A stretch of 64,000 bases of DNA, from NCBI RefSeq assembly GCF_964355755.1, contig NC_092675.1, positions 8,799,812-8,863,811 on the forward strand, given 5' to 3'. Origin of the DNA: Antedon mediterranea. Lineage: Eukaryota; Animalia; Echinodermata. Below are positions 34,601 to 48,200 of this stretch, in pieces (the stretch's first letter is position 1; each line of letters starts with the position of its first letter). The notes beneath the pieces were generated by a model. It did no database searches and was not told the DNA's origin. It saw nothing but the letters and a program-made list of their open reading frames with translations. The position numbers and the translations under genes are program-made.

Positions 34601-37600
34601 TTGAAAACAACGGTTCTCGTCCGATCACTGAAGTTAAACAAGTTGTTGTTCAAAGACATGTTTGTTGTTGTATGTTGCTGCTGTGGTGACGGTACAAACG
34701 TCACTGTACTACGCGGGCGTCCACTTGTGTGCGCGTTTGATTCTTAGCAACAACGCGGCCTGAATCTTTTGTACATGCCGCTATTGTGTTATGCTTCTTT
34801 GTACAGTGTTATTGTTTCCTTTATATTATCTTTTTAAGAACCTCAGTATAACTTTTTAAATTATACTAAACAAAGTTGAATTTACCTTTCAAGTATGTGT
34901 TTCTTCAACAGAAGTGGGTGTAAATACCAACGTCATGGTTTCAGCAGCTGCTAATTTCAATCCTAGAAAATGTTCTATAATAAATGAACAAAACTATTAG
35001 GTTATAGGATATATATATTTATAGAGATTTTGACAGTGAATATAAGATGTATATATACTTGAACCGCAAGTAACCGAACGTCTACAACCATACCACGTTG
35101 AAAACACCGGTTCTCGTCCGAACACCGCAGTTAAACAACGTCGGGCCTGGTTAGTACTTGGATGGGAGACCGCCTGGGAATACCTGGTGTCGTAGACCTA
35201 TGTTTAACTTTTTTAAATTATACTAAACAATGTTTATTTTACCTTTCAATTATGTTTTTTGACAGTAACTATAAGATCTTTCTCAGTTATAATCTTGAAC
35301 CGCAAGGAACCGAATGTCTACAACCATACCACGTTGAAAACACCGGTTCTCGTCCGAACACCGCAGTTAAACAACGTCGGGCCTGGTTAGTACTTGGATG
35401 GGAGACCGCCTGGGAATACCTGGTGTCGTAGACCTATGTTTAACTTTTTTAAATTATACTAAATAAAGTTTATTTTACCTTTCAATTATATTTTTATGAC
35501 AGTAACTATAAGATCTTTCTAAGTTATAATCTTGAACCGCAAGTAACCGAATGTCTACAACCGTACCAGGTTGCCTAGCCTGTGAATATCTGTTGTCGTA
35601 CACCTGTTTTTATCTTTTTAATAATCCTAAAATATAGTCTCGTTTAAGTGTTTCGATTTTCCAAAAATGTGTTTATACTGTTGATGATAGTATAAGTAAA
35701 TAAATTCAAACTGTAACCGCAATTAATCGAAAGTTTTTCAACTAAACTGCATTGAAAACAACTGTTCTCGTCCGATCACTGAAGTTAAACAAGTTGTTGT
35801 TCAAAGACATGTTTGTTGTTGTATGTTGCTGCTGTGGTGACGGTACAAACGTCACTGTACTACGCGGGCGTCCACTTGTGTGCGCGTTTGATTCTTAGCA
35901 ACAAAGCGGCCTGAATCTTTTGTACATGCCGCTATTGTGTTATGCTTCTTTGTACAGTGTTATTATTTCCTTTATATTATCTTTTTAAGAACCTCAGTAT
36001 AACTTTTTAAATTATACTAAACAAAGTTGAATTTACCTTTCAAGTATGTGTTTCTTCAACAGAAGTGGGTGTAAATACCAACGTCATGGTTTCAGCAGCT
36101 GCTAATTTCAATCCTAGAAAATGTTCTATAATAAATGAACAAAACTATTAGGTTATAGGATATATGTGTTTATAGAGATTTTGACAGTGAATATAAGATT
36201 TATATATACTTGAACCGCAAGTAACCGAACGTCTACAACCATACCATGTTGAAAACACCGGTTTTCGTCCGAACACCGCAGTTAAACAACGTCGGGCCTC
36301 GTTAGTACTTGGATGGGAGACCGCCTGGGAATACCTGGTGTCGTAGACCTATGTTTAACTTTTTTAAATTATACTAAACAAAGTTTATTTTACCTTTCAA
36401 TTATGTTTTTATGACAGTAACTATAAGATCTTTCTAAGTTATAATCTTGAACCGCAAGTAACCGAACGTCTACAACCATACCACGTTGAAAACACCGGTT
36501 CTCCTCCGAACACCGCAGTTAAACAACGTCGGGCCTGGTTAGTACTTGGATGGGAGACCGCCTGGGAATACCTGGTGTCGTAGACCTATGTTTAACTTTT
36601 TTAAATTATACTAAACAATGTTTATTTTACCTTTCAATTATGTTTTTTGACAGTAACTATAAGATCTTTCTCAGTTATAATCTTGAACCGCAAGTAACCG
36701 AATATCTACAACCATACCACGTTGAAAACACCGGTTCTCGTCCGAACACCGCAGTTAAACAACGTCGGGCCTGGTTAGTACTTGGATGGGAGACCGCCTG
36801 GGAATACCTGGTGTCGTAGACCTATGTTTAACTTTTTTAAATTATACTAAACAATGTTTATTTTAACTTTCAATTATGTTTTTATGACAGTAACTATAAG
36901 ATCTTTCTAAGTTATAATCTTGAACCGCAAGTAACCGAACGTCTACAACCATACCACGTTGAAAACACCGGTTCTCGTCCGAACACCGCAGTTAAACAAC
37001 GTCGGGCCTGGTTAGTACTTGGATGGGAGACCGCCTGGGAATACCTGGTGTCGTAGACCTATGTTTAACTTTTTTAAATTATACTAAATAAAGTTTATTT
37101 TACCTTTCAATTATATTTTCATGACAGTAACTATAAGATCTTTCTAAGTTATAATCTTGAACCGCAAGTAACCGAATGTCTACAACCGTACCAGGTTGCC
37201 TAGCCTGTGAATATCTGTTGTCGTACACCTGTTTTTATCTTTTTAATAATCCTAAAATATAGTCTCCTTTAAGTGTTTCGATTTTCCAAAAATGTGTTTA
37301 TACTGTTGATGATAGTATAAGTAAATAAATTCAAACTGTAACCGCAATTAATCGAAAGTTTTTCAACTAAACTGCATTGAAAACAACGGTTCTCGTCCGA
37401 TCACTGAAGTTAAACAAGTTGTTGTTCAAAGACATGTTTGTTGTTGTATGTTGCTGCTGTGGTGACGGTACAAACGTCACTGTACTACGCGGGCGTCCAC
37501 TTGTGTGCGCGTTTGATTCTTAGCAACAAAGCGGCCTGAATCTTTTGTACATGCCGCTAATGTGTTATGCTTCATTGTACAGTGTTATTGTTTCCTTTAT

Positions 37601-40600
37601 ATTATCTTTTTAAGAACCTCAGTATAACTTTTTAAATTATACTAAACAAAGTTGAATTTACCTTTCAAGTATGTGTTTCTTCAACAGAAGTGGGTGTAAA
37701 TACCAACGTCATGGTTTCAGCAGCTGCTAATTTCAATCCTAGAAAATGTTCTATAATAAATGAACAAAACTATTAGGTTATAGGATATATATGTTTATAG
37801 AGATTTTGACAGTGAATATAAGATGTATATATACTTGAACCGCAAGTAACTGAACGTCTACAACCATACCACGTTGAAAACACCGGTTCTCGTCCGAACA
37901 CCGCAGTTAAACAACGTCGGGCCTGGTTAGTACTTGGATGGGAGACCGCCTGGGAATACCTGGTGTCGTAGACCTATGTTTAACTTTTTTAAATTATACT
38001 AAAAAAATGTTTATTTTACCTTTCAATTATGTTTTTTGACAGTAACTATAAGATCTTTCTCAGTTATAATCTTGAACCGCAAGTAACCGAATGTCTACAA
38101 CCATACCACGTTGAAAACACCGGTTCTCGTCCGAACACCGCAGTTAAACAACGTCGGGCCTGGTTAGTACTTGGATGGAAGACCGCCTGGGAATACCTGG
38201 TGTCGTAGACCTATGTTTAACTTTTTTAAATTATACTAAGCAATGTTTATTTTACCTTTCAATTATGTTTTTTGACAGTAACTATAAGTTCTTTCTCAGT
38301 TATAATCTTGAACCGCAAGTAACCGAATGTCTACAACCGTACCAGGTTGCCTAGCCTGTGAATATCTGTTGTCGTACACCTGTTTTTATCTTTTTAATAA
38401 TCCTAAAATATAGTCTCGTTTAAGTGTTTCTATTTTCCAAAAATGTGTTTATACTGTTGATGATAGTATAAGTAAATAAATTCAAACTGTAACCGCAATT
38501 AATCGAAAGTTTTTCAACTAAACTGCATTGAAAACAACGGTTCTCGTCCGATCACTGAAGTTAAACAAGTTGTTGTTCAAAGACATGTTTGTTGTTGTAT
38601 GTTGCTGCTGTGGTGACGGTACAAACGTCACTGTACTACGCGGGCGTCCACTTGTGTGCGCGTTTGATTCTTAGCAACAAAGCGGCCTGAATCTTTTGTA
38701 CATGCCGCTATTGTGTTATGCTTCATTGTACAGTGTTATTGTTTCCTTTATATTATCTTTTTAAGAACCTCAGTATAACTTTTTAAATTATACTAAACAA
38801 AGTTGAATTTACCTTTCAAGTATGTGTTTCTTCAACAGAAGTGGGTGTAAATACCAACGTCATGGTTTCAGCAGCTGCTAATTTCAATCCTAGAAAATGT
38901 TCTATAATAAATGAACAAAAGTATTAGGTTATAAGTAACCGAACGTCTACAACCATACCATGTTGAAAACACAGGTTCTCGTCCGAACACCGCAGTTAAA
39001 CAACGTCGGGCCTCGTTAGTACTTGGATGGGAGACCGCCTGGGAATACCTGGTGTCGTAGACCTATGTTTAACTTTTTTAAATTATACTAAACAATGTTT
39101 ATTTTACCTTTCAATTATGTTTTTTGACAGTAACTATAAGATCTTTCTAAGTTATAATCTTGAACCGCAAGTAACCGAACGTCTACAACCATACCACGTT
39201 GAAAACACCGGTTCTCGTCCGAACACCGCAGTTAAACAACGTCGGGCCTGGTTAGTACTTGGATGGGAGACCGCCTGGGAATACCTGGTGTCGTAGACCT
39301 ATGTTTAACTTTTTTAAATTATACTAAACAATGTTTATTTTACCTTTCAATTATGTTTTTTGACAGTAACTATAAGATCTTTCTCAGTTATAATCTTGAA
39401 CCGCAAGTAACCGAATGTCTACAACCGTACCAGGTTGCCTAGCCTGTGAATATCTGTTGTCGTACACCATTTTTTATCTTTTTAATAATCCTAAAATATA
39501 GTCTCGTTTAAGTGTTTCTATTTTCCAAAAATGTGTTTATACTGTTGATGATAGTATAAGTAAATAAATTCAAACTGTAACCGCAATTAATCGAAAGTTT
39601 TTCAACTAAACTGCATTGAAAACAACGGTTCTCGTCCGATCACTGAAGTTAAACAAGTTGTTGTTCAAAGACATGTTTGTTGTTGTATGTTGCTGCTGTG
39701 GTGACGGTACAAACGTCACTGTACTACGCGGGCGTCCACTTGTGTGCGCGTTTGATTCTTAGCAACAACGCGGCCTGAATCTTTTGTACATGCCGCTATT
39801 GTGTTATGCTTCTTTGTACAGTGTTATTGTTTCCTTTATATTATCTTTTTAAGAACCTCAGTATAACTTTTTAAATTATACTAAACAAAGTTGAATTTAC
39901 CTTTCAAGTATGTGTTTCTTCAACAGAAGTGGGTGTAAATACCAACGTCATGGTTTCAGCAGCTGCTAATTTCAATCCTAGAAAATGTTCTATAATAAAT
40001 GAACAAAACTATTAGGTTATAGGATATATATATTTATAGAGATTTTGACAGTGAATATAAGATGTATATATACTTGAACCGCAAGTAACCGAACGTCTAC
40101 AACCATACCACGTTGAAAACACCGGTTCTCGTCCGAACACCGCAGTTAAACAACGTCGGGCCTGGTTAGTACTTGGATGGGAGACCGCCTGGGAATACCT
40201 GGTGTCGTAGACCTATGTTTAACTTTTTTAAATTATACTAAACAATGTTTATTTTTCCTTTCAATTATGTTTTTTGACAGTAACTATAAGATCTTTCTCA
40301 GTTATAATCTTGAACCGCAAGGAACCGAATGTCTACAACCATACCACGTTGAAAACACCGGTTCTCGTCCGAACACCGCAGTTAAACAACGTCGGGCCTG
40401 GTTAGTACTTGGATGGGAGACCGCCTGGGAATACCTGGTGTCGTAGACCTATGTTTAACTTTTTTAAATTATACTAAATAAAGTTTATTTTACCTTTCAA
40501 TTATATTTTTATGACAGTAACTATAAGATCTTTCTAAGTTATAATCTTGAACCGCAAGTAACCGAATGTCTACAACCGTACCAGGTTGCCTAGCCTGTGA

Positions 40601-42216
40601 ATATCTGTTGTCGTACACCTGTTTTTATCTTTTTAATAATCCTAAAATATAGTCTCGTTTAAGTGTTTCGATTTTCCAAAAATGTGTTTATACTGTTGAT
40701 GATAGTATAAGTAAATAAATTCAAACTGTAACCGCAATTAATCGAAAGTTTTTCAACTAAACTGCATTGAAAACAACTGTTCTCGTCCGATCACTGAAGT
40801 TAAACAAGTTGTTGTTCAAAGACATGTTTGTTGTTGTATGTTGCTGCTGTGGTGACGGTACAAACGTCACTGTACTACGCGGGCGTCCACTTGTGTGCGC
40901 GTTTGATTCTTAGCAACAAAGCGGCCTGAATCTTTTGTACATGCCGCTATTGTGTTATGCTTCTTTGTACAGTGTTATTATTTCCTTTATATTATCTTTT
41001 TAAGAACCTCAGTATAACTTTTTAAATTATACTAAACAAAGTTGAATTTACCTTTCAAGTATGTGTTTCTTCAACAGAAGTGGGTGTAAATACCAACGTC
41101 ATGGTTTCAGCAGCTGCTAATTTCAATCCTAGAAAATGTTCTATAATAAATGAACAAAACTATTAGGTTATAGGATATATGTGTTTATAGAGATTTTGAC
41201 AGTGAATATAAGATTTATATATACTTGAACCGCAAGTAACCGAACGTCTACAACCATACCATGTTGAAAACACCGGTTCTCGTCCGAACACCGCAGTTAA
41301 ACAACGTCGGGCCTCGTTAGTACTTGGATGGGAGACCGCCTGGGAATACCTGGTGTCGTAGACCTATGTTTAACTTTTTTAAATTATACTAAACAAAGTT
41401 TATTTTACCTTTCAATTATGTTTTTATGACAGTAACTATAAGATCTTTCTAAGTTATAATCTTGAACCGCAAGTAACCGAACGTCTACAACCATACCACG
41501 TTGAAAACACCGGTTCTCCTCCGAACACCGCAGTTAAACAACGTCGGGCCTGGTTAGTACTTGGATGGGAGACCGCCTGGGAATACCTGGTGTCGTAGAC
41601 CTATGTTTAACTTTTTTAAATTATACTAAACAATGTTTATTTTACCTTTCAATTATGTTTTTTGACAGTAACTATAAGATCTTTCTCAGTTATAATCTTG
41701 AACCGCAAGTAACCGAATGTCTACTACCATACCACGTTGAAAACACCGGTTCTCGTCCGAACACCGCAGTTAAACAACGTCGGGCCTGGTTAGTACTTGG
41801 ATGGGAGACCGCCTGGGAATACCTGGTGTCGTAGACCTATGTTTAACTTTTTTAAATTATACTAAACAATGTTTATTTTACCTTTCAATTATGTTTTTTG
41901 ACAGTAACTATAAGATCTTTCTCAGTTATAATCTTGAACCGCAAGTAACCGAATGTCTACAACCGTACCAGGTTGCCTAGCCTGTGAATATCTGTTGTCG
42001 TACACCTGTTTTTATCTTTTTAATAATCCTAAAATATAGTCTCGTTTAAGTGTTTCTATTTTCCAAAAATGTGTTTATACTGTTGATGATAGTATAAGTA
42101 AATAAATTCAAACTGTAACCGCAATTAATCGAAAGTTTTTCAACTAAACTGCATTGAAAACAACGGTTCTCGTCCGATCACTGAAGTTAAACAAGTTGTT
42201 GTTCAAAGACATGTTT

Positions 42217-42253
42217 GTTGTTGCAGGGAGTTGTAACAACTCCCTGGTTGTTG
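42217..42253. mobile_element. 23 bp palindromic insertion with 7-bp target-site duplication (probable DNA transposon footprint)
   Basis: GTTGTTG-[CAGGGAGTTGT A ACAACTCCCTG]-GTTGTTG; empty-site modules have a single GTTGTTG. Confidence 0.75.
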
Positions 42254-45200
42254 TATGTTGCTGCTGTGGTGACGGTACAAACGTCACTGTACTACGCGGG
42301 CGTCCACTTGTGTGCGCGTTTGATTCTTAGCAACAACGCGGCCTGAATCTTTTGTACATGCCGCTATTGTGTTATGCTTCTTTGTACAGTGTTATTGTTT
42401 CCTTTATATTATCTTTTTAAGAACCTCAGTATAACTTTTTAAATTATACTAAAAAAAGTTGAATTTACCTTTCAAGTATGTGTTTCTTCAACAGAAGTGG
42501 GTGTAAATACCAACGTCATGGTTTCAGCAGCTGCTAATTTCAATCCTAGAAAATGTTCTATAATAAATGAACAAAACTATTAGGTTATAGGATATATATA
42601 TTTATAGAGATTTTGACAGTGAATATAAGATGTATATATACTTGAACCGCAAGTAACCGAACGTCTACAACCATACCACGTTGAAAACACCGGTTCTCGT
42701 CCGAACACCGCAGTTAAACAACGTCGGGCCTGGTTAGTACTTGGATGGGAGACCGCCTGGGAATACCTGGTGTCGTAGACCTATGTTTAACTTTTTTAAA
42801 TTATACTAAACAATGTTTATTTTACCTTTCAATTATGTTTTTTGACAGTAACTATAAGATCTTTCTCAGTTATAATCTTGAACCGCAAGGAACCGAATGT
42901 CTACAACCATACCACGTTGAAAACACCGGTTCTCGTCCGAACACCGCAGTTAAACAACGTCGGGCCTGGTTAGTACTTGGATGGGAGACCGCCTGGGAAT
43001 ACCTGGTGTCGTAGACCTATGTTTAACTTTTTTAAATTATACTAAATAAAGTTTATTTTACCTTTCAATTATATTTTTATGACAGTAACTATAAGATCTT
43101 TCTAAGTTATAATCTTGAACCGCAAGTAACCGAATGTCTACAACCGTACCAGGTTGCCTAGCCTGTGAATATCTGTTGTCGTACACCTGTTTTTATCTTT
43201 TTAATAATCCTAAAATATAGTCTCGTTTAAGTGTTTCGATTTTCCAAAAATGTGTTTATACTGTTGATGATAGTATAAGTAAATAAATTCAAACTGTAAC
43301 CGCAATTAATCGAAAGTTTTTCAACTAAACTGCATTGAAAACAACTGTTCTCGTCCGATCACTGAAGTTAAACAAGTTGTTGTTCAAAGACATGTTTGTT
43401 GTTGTATGTTGCTGCTGTGGTGACGGTACAAACGTCACTGTACTACGCGGGCGTCCACTTGTGTGCGCGTTTGATTCTTAGCAACAAAGCGGCCTGAATC
43501 TTTTGTACATGCCGCTATTGTGTTATGCTTCTTTGTACAGTGTTATTGTTTCCTTTATATTATCTTTTTAAGAACCTCAGTATAACTTTTTAAATTATAC
43601 TAAACAAAGTTGAATTTACCTTTCAAGTATGTGTTTCTTCAACAGAAGTGGGTGTAAATACCAACGTCATGGTTTCAGCAGCTGCTAATTTCAATCCTAG
43701 AAAATGTTCTATAATAAATGAACAAAACTATTAGGTTATAGGATATATGTGTTTATAGAGATTTTGACAGTGAATATAAGATTTATATATACTTGAACCG
43801 CAAGTAACCGAACGTCTACAACCATACCATGTTGAAAACACCGGTTCTCGTCCGAACACCGCAGTTAAACAACGTCGGGCCTCGTTAGTACTTGGATGGG
43901 AGACCGCCTGGGAATACCTGGTGTCGTAGACCTATGTTTAACTTTTTTAAATTATACTAAACAAAGTTTATTTTACCTTTCAATTATGTTTTTATGACAG
44001 TAACTATAAGATCTTTCTGAGTTATAATCTTGAACCGCAAGTAACCGAATGTCTACAACCATACCACGTTGAAAACACCGGTTCTCCTCCGAACACCGCA
44101 GTTAAACAACGTCGGGCCTGGTTAGTACTTGGATGGGAGACCGCCTGGGAATACCTGGTGTCGTAGACCTATGTTTAACTTTTTTAAATTATACTAAACA
44201 ATGTTTATTTTACCTTTCAATTATGTTTTTATGACAGTAACTATAAGATCTTTCTAAGTTATAATCTTGAACCGCAAGTAACCGAACGTCTACAACCATA
44301 CCACGTTGAAAACACCGGTTCTCCTCCGAACACCGCAGTTAAACAACGTCGGGCCTGGTTAGTACTTGGATGGGAGACCGCCTGGGAATACGTGGTGTCG
44401 TAGACCTATGTTTAACTTTTTTAAATTATACTAAACAATGTTTATTTTACCTTTCAATTATGTTTTTTGACAGTAACTATAAGATCTTTCTCAGTTATAA
44501 TCTTGAACCGCAAGGAACCGAATGTCTACAACCATACCACGTTGAAAACACCGGTTCTCGTCCGAACACCGCAGTTAAACAACGTCGGGCCTGGTTAGTA
44601 CTTGGATGGGAGACCGCCTGGGAATACCTGGTGTCGTAGACCTATGTTTAACTTTTTTAAATTATACTAAATAAAGTTTATTTTACCTTTCAATTATATT
44701 TTCAAGACAGTAACTATAAGATCTTTCTAAGTTCTAATCTTGAACCGCAAGTAACCGAATGTCTACAACCGTACCAGGTTGCCTAGCCTGTGAATATCTG
44801 TTGTCGTACACCTGTTTTTATCTTTTTAATAATCCTAAAATATAGTCTCCTTTAAGTGTTTCGATTTTCCAAAAATGTGTTTATACTGTTGATGATAGTA
44901 TAAGTAAATAAATTCAAACTTTAACCGCAATTAATCGAAAGTTTTTCAACTAAACTGCATTGAAAACAACGGTTCTCGTCCGATCACTGAAGTTAAACAA
45001 GTTGTTGTTCAAAGACATGTTTGTTGTTGTATGTTGCTGCTGTGGTGACGGTACAAACGTCACTGTACTACGCGGGCGTCCACTTGTGTGCGCGTTTGAT
45101 TCTTAGCAACAAAGCGGCCTGAATCTTTTGTACATGCCGCTAATGTGTTATGCTTCATTGTACAGTGTTATTGTTTCCTTTATATTATCTTTTTAAGAAC

Positions 45201-48200
45201 CTCAGTATAACTTTTTAAATTATACTAAACAAAGTTGAATTTACCTTTCAAGTATGTGTTTCTTCAACAGAAGTGGGTGTAAATACCAACGTCATGGTTT
45301 CAGCAGCTGCTAATTTCAATCCTAGAAAATGTTCTATAATAAATGAACAAAACTATTAGGTTATAGGATATATATATTTATAGAGATTTTGACAGTGAAT
45401 ATAAGATGTATATATACTTGAACCGCAAGTAACCGAACGTCTACAACCATACCACGTTGAAAACACCGGTTCTCGTCCAAACACCGCAGTTAAACAACGT
45501 CGGGCCTGGTTAGTACTTGGATGGGAGACCGCCTGGGAATACCTGGTGTCGTAGACCTATGTTTAACTTTTTTAAATTATACTAAACAATGTTTATTTTA
45601 CCTTTCAATTATGTTTTTTGACAGTAACTATAAGATCTTTCTCAGTTATAATCTTGAACCGCAAGGAACCGAATGTCTACAACCATACCACGTTGAAAAC
45701 ACCGGTTCTCGTCCGAACACCGCAGTTAAACAACGTCGGGCCTGGTTAGTACTTGGATGGGAGACCGCCTGGGAATACCTGGTGTCGTAGACCTATGTTT
45801 AACTTTTTTAAATTATACTAAATAAAGTTTATTTTACCTTTCAATTATATTTTTATGACAGTAACTATAAGATCTTTCTAAGTTATAATCTTGAACCGCA
45901 AGTAACCGAATGTCTACAACCGTACCAGGTTGCCTAGCCTGTGAATATCTGTTGTCGTACACCTGTTTTTATCTTTTTAATAATCCTAAAATATAGTCTC
46001 GTTTAAGTGTTTCGATTTTCCAAAAATGTGTTTATACTGTTGATGATAGTATAAGTAAATAAATTCAAACTGTAACCGCAATTAATCGAAAGTTTTTCAA
46101 CTAAACTGCATTGAAAACAACTGTTCTCGTCCGATCACTGAAGTTAAACAAGTTGTTGTTCAAAGACATGTTTGTTGTTGTATGTTGCTGCTGTGGTGAC
46201 GGTACAAACGTCACTGTACTACGCGGGCGTCCACTTGTGTGCGCGTTTGATTCTTAGCAACAAAGCGGCCTGAATCTTTTGTACATGCCGCTATTGTGTT
46301 ATGCTTCTTTGTACAGTGTTATTATTTCCTTTATATTATCTTTTTAAGAACCTCAGTATAACTTTTTAAATTATACTAAACAAAGTTGAATTTACCTTTC
46401 AAGTATGTGTTTCTTCAACAGAAGTGGGTGTAAATACCAACGTCATGGTTTCAGCAGCTGCTAATTTCAATCCTAGAAAATGTTCTATAATAAATGAACA
46501 AAACTATTAGGTTATAGGATATATGTGTTTATAGAGATTTTGACAGTGAATATAAGATTTATATATACTTGAACCGCAAGTAACCGAACGTCTACAACCA
46601 TACCATGTTGAAAACACCGGTTCTCGTCCGAACACCGCAGTTAAACAACGTCGGGCCTCGTTAGTACTTGGATGGGAGACCGCCTGGGAATACCTGGTGT
46701 CGTAGACCTATGTTTAACTTTTTTAAATTATACTAAACAAAGTTTATTTTACCTTTCAATTATGTTTTTATGACAGTAACTATAAGATCTTTCTAAGTTA
46801 TAATCTTGAACCGCAAGTAACCGAACGTCTACAACCATACCACGTTGAAAACACCGGTTCTCCTCCGAACACCGCAGTTAAACAACGTCGGGCCTGGTTA
46901 GTACTTGGATGGGAGACCGCCTGGGAATACCTGGTGTCGTAGACCTATGTTTAACTTTTTTAAATTATACTAAACAATGTTTATTTTACCTTTCAATTAT
47001 GTTTTTTGACAGTAACTATAAGATCTTTCTCAGTTATAATCTTGAACCGCAAGTAACCGAATGTCTACAACCATACCACGTTGAAAACACCGGTTCTCGT
47101 CCGAACACCGCAGTTAAACAACGTCGGGCCTGGTTAGTACTTGGATGGGAGACCGCCTGGGAATACCTGGTGTCGTAGACCTATGTTTAACTTTTTTAAA
47201 TTATACTAAACAATGTTTATTTTAACTTTCAATTATGTTTTTATGACAGTAACTATAAGATCTTTCTAAGTTATAATCTTGAACCGCAAGTAACCGAACG
47301 TCTACAACCATACCACGTTGAAAACACCGGTTCTCGTCCGAACACCGCAGTTAAACAACGTCGGGCCTGGTTAGTACTTGGATGGGAGACCGCCTGGGAA
47401 TACCTGGTGTCGTAGACCTATGTTTAACTTTTTTAAATTATACTAAATAAAGTTTATTTTACCTTTCAATTATATTTTCATGACAGTAACTATAAGATCT
47501 TTCTAAGTTATAATCTTGAACCGCAAGTAACCGAATGTCTACAACCGTACCAGGTTGCCTAGCCTGTGAATATCTGTTGTCGTACACCTGTTTTTATCTT
47601 TTTAATAATCCTAAAATATAGTCTCCTTTAAGTGTTTCGATTTTCCAAAAATATGTTTATACTGTTGATGATAGTATAAGTAAATAAATTCAAACTGTAA
47701 CCGCAATTAATCGAAAGTTTTTCAACTAAACTGCATTGAAAACAACGGTTCTCGTCCGATCACTGAAGTTAAACAAGTTGTTGTTCAAAGACATGTTTGT
47801 TGTTGTATGTTGCTGCTGTGGTGACGGTACAAACGTCACTGTACTACGCGGGCGTCCACTTGTGTGCGCGTTTGATTCTTAGCAACAAAGCGGCCTGAAT
47901 CTTTTGTACATGCCGCTAATGTGTTATGCTTCATTGTACAGTGTTATTGTTTCCTTTATATTATCTTTTTAAGAACCTCAGTATAACTTTTTAAATTATA
48001 CTAAACAAAGTTGAATTTACCTTTCAAGTATGTGTTTCTTCAACAGAAGTGGGTGTAAATATCAACGTCATGGTTTCAGCAGCTGCTAATTTCAATCCTA
48101 GAAAATGTTCTATAATAAATGAACAAAAGTATTAGGTTATAGGATATATGTGTTTATAGAGATTTTGACAGTGAATATAAGATTTATATATACTTTGAAC

